Source: Balanoglossus misakiensis
Lineage: Eukaryota > Animalia > Hemichordata
Assembly (NCBI GenBank): GCA_040954595.2
Contig: CM082590.2
Span: forward strand, 1,922,001 to 1,986,000
Length of the DNA: 64,000 bases
Reading direction: 5' to 3'
Shown here: in pieces, positions 38,030-50,200 of the stretch
How the letters are laid out: each line of letters starts with the position of its first letter
How positions within the stretch are numbered: the first letter of the stretch is position 1
Translations under genes and position numbers: made by a program
The notes under the pieces: generated by a model
The model's input: the letters and a program-made list of their open reading frames with translations, nothing else
The model's database searches: none
Told to the model about the DNA's origin: nothing

Positions 38030-40523
38030 TATGGAGGCCCGTTCTGGTCAAAATTGTAGTTTATTAATAAAACGTGTTAGAATTAATTTTATAGAGCCTG
38101 GAATTAATTTTACCAGTATATAGATTTATTTTTTATGTAGTCATGCATAATTAATTTTATGTGTTCTAAATAATTATATTAGCTTATCTTTGTTAGCAAT
38201 AATTTTGCCAACATCTCAAATTATTTTTACGTGTGGACTCGAATTAATTACAGGTGTACTGTCGAATTAATATCACGTGTTTAGTCGAATTAATTTCACG
38301 TGTTGTGTCGAATTAATTTTACGTTGTGTTGAATTAATATTGCCCTTACAATCTTGTGCGCGTAAATCAAGATGGCGGCAGCTGAGCATTTCTTTCTCGC
38401 TGCATAAAGATCAAAAAGGGGCTGTTGTACAAGTTGTGAGACGTTTTGGGGCGATTTGCTGTCCAATATAAATGCAGTGTGCTTGAAAACGGCGATCGGT
38501 GCACGAGTTTTGGTCTACAGACGGAATTTTCTAGTCACTACGCAGTTGGGATAATTGCCAGCATTGCCTATGGCAATGCTAGTTAGCTGTGGTACTATGG
38601 TGTGTAGGCATCGCCGGTATCGGTAAAGGCCGAGTTACACCATAAGGAGCTGCTAACATAAAGCACTAAAGTCCCCCTTTCTTGAGGAACTTTGCATTAA
38701 CGCTGTTCCGATATACTTCTTTCTACAGTGAACATTACTTGCTGAACAATCTCTGTACTTGTTTATGTTTCTGTGTTACCCCACACCATAGATGTAAAAA
38801 GAGATACATAGACAGTAGGGCTGCATTCACAAACAGCTCTGGAGGGGGGGGGGAAGAATTGAGGGGGGGATTTGAAAAAAATTGAGGGTATGTAAGGGGG
38901 GAATTTGAAATAATTTAGGGACTGAAAGGGGCGACGTGAAAACTTTGACGACTAAATATTTATTTTGAGTCCACAAAAATACAGTTTCGGGCCCTTTATT
39001 TTACAACATTTTCTAATACCCACCCCCTCCATTCATCAACACCTTTCAATCATTGACTGGTTTATCTAGTGTCCCAGGTCAGGGGACTTGCCCACCCCAT
39101 GATAACTTTGAGCGGCAACGGTTTAATTTGACCTCCCCAACATACCGGTAGTTGAGTTAATTTGCTTTTGCTAGGTTCATTAAAATGCAGCTTTGAGCTC
39201 TGTATTTTTATAAAATTGTCTTACGTGGGAAGGGGAAACCCCTCCCAAACCCACCCCCTTCAATTCTCGGTTTTCAATGTCTCCCAACACAGAATACAAA
39301 TACTTAAAAAATAAAAACAATGTTCAGTTTTAATACCCACTGATGAGGGAAAACATCAGTTTCAAATTCTTTTCATGGGAGCGCTGTTTTTCTTTTTTTT
39401 ACAAGATAGATAGGTGATGTGTTTTGCTCTGTGAAAGAAAATGGGGGGGGGGATTTCAAATTGTTGGCAGTTCGTAAGGAGGGATTTGAAAATATTTCGG
39501 GTTGTGTACGGGGGGGGGGGGGGGGCATGTGAAAATTACGGGTAAAAAAATTGAATTCTCTCTTCCCCCCCCTCCAGAGGTGTTTGTGAATGCAGCCTAC
39601 AGGAGGTGGAGACTTAGGGGTCTACCCCTCTACTGTCTATGCCCCACACCCTATCTTATCAGTTGTAAATCTAGAATGCAAGCTATGCAATTTCCAATTA
39701 AATATGGTTATGTAGAGAGAGACTTTGTCCTTTTAATTCAAATTTATTTACACAAAACTTGAGTTTACAAGGAAATATTAAAGAATACTTTATTCGTCGT
39801 TTCCCAGGGTCTGGGCCCTACAGCTATTTCTTAGTTCTGAAAATTACAAATTAACACAATTTTCGTATGTTCAGATGTCAAAATTTATTTAATCAACTGG
39901 CAACGCGGGGCAACAGCTAGCTCTGCGTACAGGTCTGTGTGTTCCCGCCATGTCACGGCCTCCACGCCGAGAACACTATACGCAGAGCTGGGCTATACCA
40001 TAGCAAGGCTGGCGATTACACCAACTGGTAGTGGTTTTGAGTGGTTTGACTAGAAAATTCTGTCTGTAGACCATAACTTGTGTACCGATCGCCGTTTTCA
40101 AGCACACTGCATTTATATTTGACAGCAAATCGCCCCAAAAACGTCTCACAACTTGTACAACGGCCTCTTTTTGAACTTTATGCGGCGAGAAAGACATGCT
40201 CAGCCGTCGCCATCTTGATTTACGCGAAAAGGATTGTGGGGGCAATATTAATTGACAACGTAACATTAATTCAACACAACACGTGAAATTAATTCGAGTC
40301 TACACAAAAAAATAATTCGAGATGTTGGCAGAATTATTTCTAACAAAGATAAGCTAAAATAATTATTTAGAACACATAAAATTAATTCTGCATGACTACA
40401 AAAAATAATGAATCACATAAAAAATAATTCTATATACTGGTAAAATTAATTCCTGGCTCTATAAAATTAATTCTAACATGTTTTATTAATAAACTACAAT
40501 TTTGACCAGAACAGGCCCCAATA
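38030..40523. mobile_element. Foldback-type non-autonomous element with ~550-bp inverted arms (38030-38590 / 39985-40523)
   Basis: TATGGAGGCCCGTTCTGGTCAAAATTGTAGTTT... matches the reverse complement of ...AAACTACAATTTTGACCAGAACAGGCCCCAATA; homology continues through GAATTAATT-rich subrepeats and CAAGATGGCG; TSD not evident. Confidence 0.75.
38819..39597. mobile_element. MITE with ~35-bp TIRs (PIF/Harbinger-like), nested between the foldback arms
   Basis: GGCTGCATTCACAAACAGCTCTGGAGGGGGGGGGGAAGA ... TCTTCCCCCCCCTCCAGAGGTGTTTGTGAATGCAGCC; no ORF; superfamily tentative. Confidence 0.7.
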
Positions 40524-41299
40524 GGTACCGGTAGTACATGTAACTTTGGGTGTTTTTCTCAATGTTTATAATGTGTTTTGATTGCCTGTTCTACTTGTGT
40601 CTACTTTGTTTTCAGTATTTTTATTTTAAGTATTAACTGCAGTGTCTTCTATGTTTACTGGAGGGCAAACTGGTATACATATTGTGAGCTCGGCAGAATA
40701 TGGTGAAGGATGTACACAGGGTAGTCTTTCAACCAGAGGCAAACACTGGACATGCAATGCAATAATTTCCCATTGTGTGTCTTAAAGTGAAGGGGTCATC
40801 GCGCCACGTTTGTTTGTTTGCAAATCCCTCAAATAAGATAATTCTTAGAATGAACGAAGCAGCCAATTGTAACATAGACTGGGCATGACAGCAACTGAAG
40901 ATCCTAATAGGTCGTGGCGACTGCAGTGGGGTTTGTGCTGGTATGGGAGGACATATTCTCATCAAGGGGACACCCACACAGCCTGAGACCCCTTCCCTTT
41001 AAAGACACAGAAGCTGTAACTCTTGGGATAATTATCATAATTTTTTTCAAGCTGTACTAGTTGTGACATGTACAATAATGCCATAAGCTATTGATACAAT
41101 CCAGGCAATTCATAAATTTCACACAGAATATATGTAAGTTTTAGGTAATGTTTGCAACTCTACTGTAACACTTGGAGTGGGTCTATCTAGGATTAGGATA
41201 ATATACAGGGGAATGTTTGGTAGCAAGTATGTTTTACAACCCATATTCCTGTTTCTGAGTTTTACAATTGACATTAATGGGGGAAAAGTGTGAATGTCA

Positions 41300-41543
41300 G
41301 TTTCTGGCCGCTAGAGGGCGCCGCTGTATTTTGGGATCCATATTGGAAAATGTCCGCCATGGGTCAATGAATAATTGTACCAAATTTCATGCTTTTAACC
41401 CGAAGTGCACGATTCTATAGTATGAATATCTGTTTCTGGCCACTAGAGGGCGCTGTCATTTTGGATCCATATCAGAAAATGGCCGCCATGGGTCAATGCA
41501 TAAGTGTACCAAGTTTCATGCTTTTAACCCAAAGTGCACGATT
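41300..41543 (+). repeat. Two-copy ~132-bp tandem repeat, each copy with a CTCF-like motif
   Basis: TGGCCGCTAGAGGGCGCCG (41305) and TGGCCACTAGAGGGCGCTG (41437), each followed by CCGCCATGGGTCAATG..TGTACCAA.TTTCATGCTTTTAACCC.AAGTGCACGATT. Confidence 0.7.
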
Positions 41544-42723
41544 TTTGGGTTAACTGCCCCACTATAACAACAACAAGATTACTCAATTCCCTGTGCGCTT
41601 ATGGCTGCAAATGTGAGCTGTTGTTTGCTCACTAAGGAGTTGAATGAAATTAATTCAGGTCCAATGACCATGGGTCATAATTATTGTAAAGCGCCTTGAT
41701 CATGAAACATTGTGGATATGTGCGCTATATAAGAACTCACTATTATTATTATTATTTAGTTGTCTCTTTTTATATCACGAACAATTTCCTGTCCCAAAAA
41801 TTTCCCGTTTTGCAGTATGTAAATCAACTAGATATTTAACTGCAGGTGCCGCACCAACATGTCATCTGTCACCTGGACAACTATGTCAAATTGGAAGTCA
41901 GTCTCCACAACAACTGTCATCCTCTCAACAGAAATTGACTCAACCAAGTCAGCCTCTGATACAGGGCCAAGGTCAAAGGTCATCAATGCCTTTTGGTCAG
42001 CCTACCAGTTTACCCAACCAACCAGTATCCACTGTCACAGCAAACAGGACACAACAACCCAATGTGACTGTTTCAAGTATCCCCATGACACAATTTTCGT
42101 CCACCCAGGTACAGTTGTGGTCTACCTTCTACTTTATTAGATTAAAATTAGCTGTTTCTAGTTATCCATCCTGTGAATTGAAAGCTTTTTTTGACTGTTT
42201 CACGTAGCCTTGTCTTACCATTACCTATACAGTAAACTATTGTTTCAAAACACATTCAAAACTTCTGTTTTGGTTGCTAGAAGCCCACTCTGTCAACACA
42301 ATGACTTTTTTGGATAATGCCACAGACTCAGAGATCAATTTCAATTTTAATGGGATTAATATGACAAGCCCAAACCCAATCCCATCAAAATGTTGGTGTG
42401 TGTGTTGAAAATGGGACTTCAAGAGTTGCAATTTTCAACATTAAATCAGAAATTGGAAGTCATGAATTAAAAATGGTGGTTTGAATACTGGCCTAATGCT
42501 TCATATTAACTAGGTTTGTTACTCTTTTTGGACAGGCAACTTCACCACCAAAGATGACTTCCCAGCAGGCACCAGCTGCTGCACTGAAAGGCGTAGAAGG
42601 TGTCATGCAAATGGCAAATGCTAGTCAGTTCAGTAAGACACCACCAATTGCTGATGTGAATCCTATCAACTCCAAGCCCTAGAGATGGTCAGGTACTGAT
42701 TCACAGCCACAAAGAGGTAGGTA

Positions 42724-42884
42724 CAGTCAAACCTGTCTATACTGGCCAGTCAAGGGACTTTCCTAAACTGGCATTTATAGACAGGTGGCTTCTATAGACG
42801 GGTCAGTTAATGTGCAATGTACATGTGCATGAACTGTAACAAAGTGGCCACTATTAGTGGTGGAAAGAAACACAGATTTGACTG
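42724..42884. mobile_element. Tc1/mariner-pogo (Tigger-like) MITE
   Basis: TA|CAGTCAAACCTGTCTATA ... CAGATTTGACTG; right TSD degenerate. Confidence 0.6.
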
Positions 42885-43666
42885 TCAAATATGTTATGTT
42901 GCCATGGCAGTCATTTCGATTAGTTTGATTATACTTTGCCAAAACCTGAGGAAAAATATTCAAGTTTCTGCGTCTGTATGTACGTATGGACGGATAGATG
43001 GATGTATGTCTGTATGTCCGTCCACATCAAAAACTTGAAAACCGTTGCGCCAATAACCTCGATATTTGGTGTGTAGATGCATGCTGGGATGTAAATGGGA
43101 GTTTGTTCAAACGAAGTTGTCATTGCCAAAAATATGCAAATTAGCTGGGAAAAACCGTAATTTGGTCAAAACTCAGAAACTCAAAAACTCCTGGCCATAT
43201 TGATTTGAAAATTGGTATGAGAGTACCTTATATTACCCTCACACAGCTCTGTAGCTGATAGTATGAATTTTCTATTTTTTGTGCATTTTTTGTCTTTTTC
43301 CACTTTTTTGGTAAAAATCTGGAATTGATCAACCGACTTCTTTGAAATTTAGTATGGAGCTTCATATAGGTGTTTAAATTGCTGCAAAATTGTTATCTTA
43401 TAATTTTGGAGTAATTTTTGCCTTTTTGATCAAAATTTCTTTTCATTAAAAATGCTTTTCAGATTGCTTTGAAATTTGGTAGGCATGTTCATAGCGGTAC
43501 CCCAAGTAAGATTAGCATGTATGTTTTTCAAATCAAGTTAAAGAATTCAATAGTACAGTGAAACCTGTCTATTCAGGACACCTCTGGGACTGGAAAATTT
43601 GTCCGTAATAGACAGGTAATTTTCTATTCAAACTGTGACTTTTGTCTTGAAAAAATCTGTCCTTAA

Positions 43667-44951
43667 AGGCACGTAAGCTGTAACTTTTGGGATAATTTTC
43701 ATAATATTTGTTTCAAACTGCACTACCATTAGTCCATGCAGATGAAGGCAGTGAACTGAATACAAGCATTATAAACCTTAAATCTGAGTGCATATGCGAG
43801 TTTTAACCAGATGAATAATAAAGCTTTGCCGCAACCGATTATGGCGCAACCGTGGGAAAATGCAAGAAACAATGAAAATGTTGCATTTCAGGTTATGAAA
43901 CTTCATAAACTAAACATGATCTCAACCACTTGAGCTCATGGAATGTACACCAGATTTTCATTTTTCATTGCAATATTGCACTTTTTTTTAAATTGCAGGA
44001 ATTTTCGTTTTTCTTTAATTTTTGGCCATTTTGTCATAAATAAGTGTTGAGCTTGATATATTATCATGACATATCATTTAATAGACATAATTAAAAGCAT
44101 ATATGAGATTATTTAAGATGGGTCCCCCGTATCTTTTTGCTCGTTGCTATGGGCCTTTATAGGACACTACACTCAATTTTGATCGAAACCGTTATGAACG
44201 TCCGACAAGGGGCTTGTAACTAGTTAAAAATACACACGATTGTATGCACACCCCCTGTCCGAGTATGTTTACGGCAGCTACCGCCCGGCCATAGGCCGCC
44301 ACGCTAATACGGCAAAGCAGCGGTCAGCGATAGCGTGCGCGTCCTGTAACCACAGTAACTGGGTCGAACGCTAAAAATCCAATGTTTTGTACACAGAGAT
44401 TTTGTACCGTTCACGAAAATCCCTAAGGCTTTTTTCATAGGCCACGTACGCCAGTCAAATTTGACCTGTTTGTTGAGAACGCACTTCCGCACTGTGTGAC
44501 GGATCGTTTTTTCGATTTTCGTCGTGCTATGAAGCGATACCGGTGGAAGAGTGCGTCCAAAAACACCCAAAATCGATGACTTTTCTAGGTGTGGTACGGG
44601 TATGCTGAAATCGTAGGATACAACGATAATATTCGAAAACAAAATCCGTCACGATCTTCCCTGGTTCAAGCAACTAATGAATACGTATCAAGTTTGTGTT
44701 TGAGGTCACGGAATAAAAAGCCTTAGGCTTTTGAAATTTGACCTAGCTAATTTCATATCAATGGCGTCAGGGGGCGCGCGCTCACAATCGTGCAGATTTT
44801 CAACTAGTTACCAGCCCCTTGTTAGACTCTGAAAACGGCTTAGTCCAAATCGGGGTGTAATGTCCTGCAAAGGCCCATAGCAACGGGCAAAAAGATCCGG
44901 GGGACTCATCTTAAAACTTTCATTTTTTATCCAGTTGCAGCTTACGTGCCT
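43667..44951. mobile_element. Non-autonomous TTAA-TSD element (Kolobok-like)
   Basis: TTAA|AGGCACGTAAGCTGTAACT ... AGTTGCAGCTTACGTGCCT|TTAA (18/19 TIR); related fragments at 20726-21021 and ~41003-41160. Confidence 0.85.
44117..44910. mobile_element. Non-autonomous TTAA-TSD element with ~115-bp imperfect TIRs (Kolobok-like), innermost insertion
   Basis: TTAA|GATGGGTCCCCCGTATCTTTTTGCTCGTTGCTATGGGCCTTT ... AAAGGCCCATAGCAACGGGCAAAAAGATCCGGGGGACTCATC|TTAA; absent from the homologous site near 20981. Confidence 0.88.
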
Positions 44952-47088
44952 TTAATAGAGAGGTGTCCTGATTAGAGAGGTGTCCGTAATGACAGCTTTC
45001 ACTATATATTTTTGGGTTGTTTTTTGCCGTCAAACTCTTTCTCAGAACCCTCTACCTCCATTGCTTTGAAATTTGATTTGAAGGTTTCTGGGTGAGTTCT
45101 CATGATGATTTGCAAAACCTATGATGACAGTTTTAATGTTTTGTGGGACACTGTCTTATTTTTTTTTTTTTTTTTTTTTGGTGGGGGGGGTCATTTTTTC
45201 CAATTTTGATACAAACATATCATAGGTAATTTGGAACTTCCATATTTTGTAGAATATTTTGTCTTATACCACAAACAATTTTATCTCACGAAGAGCAATT
45301 GCCACTAAACCCCTACTGACATTTGTATCCACAGCAAATTCATGCATGCTTACATAACTGGCTAACTGTTAATGAGACCAACTGTTCTATTTGGTGTATG
45401 TACAGTACACACATCATTGGCAGCTTATGGGTCAGTCAGTGTTAACCTGTTGATCTCTCGCTATGTGTGTGTGTCTGTATATGGCCATGTACTCGGGTGT
45501 AGACTTTTTCTTGTGTAATCCCTCAATGGGACCACTGTGTCCTTGACGCGATTTTTACTTCTTTTTGTGCGTGTATCTTGAACAGCAACTCAAATGAGAA
45601 TGTTTAGTCATTTAAATTGACTAATCAGCCAATTATAGCTTTGTGTATTGCACTAGTCACTATAAAAAGTATTATCTATCTATCTATCATGGCATAAATA
45701 GAGGTGACATATATACTAACATGCAACCATCAAATCAGTTCTGATAGTGATTACTTGACTGTGTCTGAAGTTATTGAATCAGTGTGAGTGATATGTCTGT
45801 TGTGTTCCAGTGCTCTTGGCCCATGTGTTCACATTTTTGCTTTCTCTGTTTTTGATATGTTTCACACTCACACTCACACTCACAGTCATCTTATATTTTT
45901 TTTCTTCAAAATCTTAGAGGTGCCTCTCAGGACCCTACAGCAAGATTCACAAGATCAGTGGCTTGCAGTGTGATTGCATCTCCAACTGACAACTTACAGG
46001 CTGATAGTTGGCTCACAAAGCTGGTCATGCGACTTATCCCACAACAATTACTGGTATGTACACTGTTGATTTTTGTGTGGATAACATTGTTTTTGAAAGT
46101 GAGAGACAGTATGTATCACTATTTGTTTTCATGCATGAAGGCAGTATTGCCAAATTTCATGTGAGAGGGCACTATCACTCGATGTTGTGCCACAGAACAA
46201 TGTTGCCAAATTTTAGAAGACTGGGTCACTGAATGTTAGAACTTCAAAGCAATAGTATCCACTTGGCAAAATCAAATCAAACAGAATATTAGTAACACAG
46301 TTGAATAGAATTTGCCCAATAAGACAATCTATTTCTCTCCTTTAATGGGGGTCACATAGGGACCATTAAGACGGTTCTGAAACGTCTCAGATCAAATACT
46401 GGCGTAAATTAGTATGTGTGAATGGTTTAACTTGGTCCTGAAACGTCTCAGATCTGAGACGGCTTTGCCAGCCAGACCTTAGCTGGTGAAAAGATTAACA
46501 CCTCTCCGCAACCTATTGTCTATAGGGCTGTGCCTCAGTGCCTATACATAAACTGTGTGTGTGTGGACACAACACGACTCCAAGGATTAATGCTCTGTGT
46601 TTATCATCGGCAAATAGTGTCTCAAATTTTACCTTGTGTGAACCTGGTATACCATACATGTAGCTGTATGCTATGAGTTATGGTGGTGTCAATTTTTTCC
46701 CCACAGCAATCACTTGGTGCCATGTTTTGCAACTCACACACTGTGGAGTTCCAGTTTATGAATAACTGCCAGGAAGCATACAGATCTGTGTTCAGAGTAA
46801 TGTCTGAAGGATTTGTAAGTAATGTCTTATAATTGCACTGTAAAATTAAAGGATCATGTCAATTGTACTGCCATGCTTCTGCAACTGACACTTTACATAT
46901 TAAAGGCCATTTTCTCAATCCCAGGGCAGAAAAATGAAGGCAAATAAGAAATGCTTTGTGTTAGCACGCAACTGTTTATTGGAAAGAAAAGTTTTGACTC
47001 ACTGTTGAGCAGGGCCTTTAAAGGGTCACTGTGTCTGAAATTTCTATTTTTAGCATTTTGTTCTGTATATCAACTGCACTTTCAAGTA

Positions 47089-47258
47089 CAGTCAAACCCA
47101 TCTAACACCAAAGGGACTGAAGAAATTGTTCGGATTGCAGGTGTCCAATTTAAAGAGATTCTTTCAACATGTGGTTCCATGTCAAAGGGTTTGAACAATG
47201 TCTTTGGAAAAGACAGGTTTCCAGATTAGACAGGGTTCGGTTGAGACAGGTTTTACTG
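47089..47258. mobile_element. Tigger-like MITE
   Basis: TA|CAGTCAAACCCATCTAAC ... GTTGAGACAGGTTTTACTG|TA. Confidence 0.7.
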
Positions 47259-50200
47259 TATTTTGATACATGCTCTGGCTTAACCCTATCACCACCATGG
47301 TTCAGTCTAAACCCTTTATTTTCTATGGTAAGGTTGGATCTTTAAAGAGGAAACTGTTTTTTTTTCTGAGAATCCCTTTATTTCTTCTGTAACAAAAATT
47401 GCATGGGAGTTCTAATTCTAAAAGGAAAACTGATTTGACAAAAGATCTCAAAGTCAAGTTTTGGATGTGTTTCCAGTTCAAGTATTGTAGGTGACTAGTT
47501 TTCCGGAGTTCAAGTCTTTATACTTGAGTTTGTCACATGGACTTTGGTAATCTGAGTGAGGTCAGAAATTGAACTTACACACATTGAGTTGAGTTAAAGA
47601 ACATGTCTGGTGTATTACTGTAATATGACTAGATACTGCAAATGCATTAACTATAAGCGTATGTTGAAATACGCAGTTTTCATTGATATATCTGATTCAC
47701 GAAATTAAATACACTTGTTCGTTAAAACCCACTATGATATAGCGCCCTCACTGTTCAGGATGTCCATTTTGAAGTCCTACATCTATGACGTCATGCCTAG
47801 CTGTCAATGTTAACTGATGTGTACTTGTACTACTAGTAAATTGAAGTACTTTAAAGTAAAGCTTAGATGCAAGGTTTTGTAAAATAAATATAATATTAAA
47901 ACGTTGCCATCATTTTAGTCCTTTGGAACAGCTGTCCAATTGACTAATGTGATCACTCTGTGTGCGGCATATGGCATATTAAGCATTTAGTATTTTTCAA
48001 TCAGAAGCCGTTAATCCTGTGATTAATTCTGCTTCTTGCAACATTGATTTTAAATCACCACACATGAATAATTTTGTCCAAAGGACTGCGGTGCCCAAGT
48101 TTTTATGATAAGATAAACAAACGGTGAAATTTACTGAAGAAGTGGGTGAGCACTTGCCCATTCATTGCTCAATGAAAGGTAACCACCAAAACAAAATTAT
48201 TGAGAAAATAACCCGAAGTTGGAGTTACTGAGCTTTAAATTGATTTCAATTATTTCCCAAGTGAATAGCTTGGATTGGCTGAAGCTCCTGTAGTCAGTTA
48301 GCTGTAGGTAGATTGACACAGATGACAATGTTTGACTGTTTACACTTTTCTTTGTTTGATCTTTCAGAGGAATATTCAAGCACTGCGAGAATCTAGAGAT
48401 GGCACAGAAAAAAAGAACTTGAATTGAAACAACAGCAAGATCAACATGCAAGACAAAGTCAACTCATAGCACTAAGACAACAACATCAACAACAACAGCA
48501 AGAACAAAGGTTACAACAACAGAGAGCCCAACAACAACAACAACAACAAGCAGTGCAAGCACAGCCATCCAATATGCAATCAATAAATCAACAACTAAGT
48601 CACCTCTTACAAGTAAGTTGTCATAATAATGTGTACAGTGAATATTTTGAAAACCAAGACTGATACCCGTGGCACTTCTGGGAATTGTTATGTGGGGAAA
48701 AATAAAATCAGTTTTCTCAAAAAGGAGCTTTCTTGATGGTACAAATAACATTGGTCTGTGCCATTCCCAAAATTATTTTAATGTATTGAAGACCTGAAAG
48801 TCACACGGAATAAATTCAATGCACTATTTGCCCAACATGACAACTTTTCCCCACACAGATTTTGACGTGGTGGGTATGGCCGCTTTGCCTCAAATTGGCC
48901 ATACACACCACATCTATTAATATTCATGAGTTTACTTTTCTTGTTTACATACACTCTTATAACAATTGGAAATCTAGAGAATGTCTATTTCATCAAGTTG
49001 ACAACCCCGCATGTGTAAGTCATGTACATAAACAAAAATAGTCTGGTGTGTGGAGCCTCCTCCCTTTTTACAGGAAGTACTTTCGAAAATGTTTTATGCA
49101 TTCAGTCCACACTCATGATCAGTTTTGTGTCAGAATTATAGTCCAAGTCACCTACCTAAGCATGCCATAGATATATTGACGAGATAAACAATGGGAACAA
49201 AAGGATTAAGGGAGGTGTGACTGGTCCAACTTGTTTAGTTTTAGTGTGGGGGAAAAGCTGGAAGGAAAGCAGACCTAAATTACAGACAACGAAATACAAG
49301 AAATCTTGTCTCATTCTTATTTTCAATTCCTCTAGTTTTTCCATGGTACCAGTGTGGAAGCACTGATGATAACCTCTGGCAGACAGTTTTAAATGATAAC
49401 AATCATCTTACTCTTATGCACATATGCGTTAATTTTGTGTGTACAAAATAACGTCCAATCCAAATATCCTGCAAATATTATGTGCGTGCATTCATATAGT
49501 GGACTGCCTTCGCTTCCTTCTATATTTCTTGCACGCCATATAAGAAGAATTTAGTTTTGTCTCTTCTTTTCACTCAATTTGCTGTCTTTTCCTAATCTAT
49601 GACACAGACTATGGTTGTCGCCACCTTGTCTGTTGTTAAGACAGCACTTGTGGCATAGATAACAATTTTGTAACTAGAGTCTCTGCTTTGGCAAATGTGC
49701 GTTAGACGAACAATACCCTTTAACAAAAGTCTGCTTAGAATTCAAATCATATTCTTTTCAAAATGTCTGCATCTGATTACATAGTGAATTAAAGCTGCAA
49801 GCAGTGTTCACTGGGCCCAAGCAATTCCCAGGATTCCTACTAAATACCAAGGATTATCTGCTGTGGATACCCAAAATTTTGTCAAAAAGTTTTGATCCTA
49901 AACTGATCTATGTCCTACAAAATCTAAACTTCTAGATCTATTGGTCAGCCTAGAATTAGGAGTGTACATAATTCATTAGGTCAACGGGGGTCCTGAAACT
50001 AACCATCAAATTTTAGACACAGCCTAAATCAAATTCCCATTGTACAGTTATTATATGCTGCCCTAAATTTCAGTCTGATTGACAAGTGAACAATGTTAAA
50101 GAGAGCAGTCTCATGATACATTGCCACCTTCTGTGAAGTGACTGTTAAAGAAAACCATTTTGTTTGCATTCAACTGCAGCAGCAACAACAACCAGAACAC

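Larger units (their letters stand above)
43556..45004. mobile_element. Tigger-like MITE (TA TSD) split by a Kolobok-like insertion
   Basis: TA|CAGTGAAACCTGTCTATT ... GACAGCTTTCACTA|TA; the site is empty in the 53.9-kb copy of the host repeat. Confidence 0.75.
42928..45300. mobile_element. Dispersed ~0.9-kb repeat (possibly Helentron/HINE-like), interrupted by nested insertions 43556-45004
   Basis: Homologous uninterrupted copy at ~53540-54310; GTCTGTATGT-type microsatellite near the 5' end; recurring CAGATTGCTTTGAAATTTGG subunits. Confidence 0.6.

Noticed and set aside
40640-40760. Possible upstream MED25 VWA-domain exon
   Set aside because: No convincing motif match or splice-site pair.
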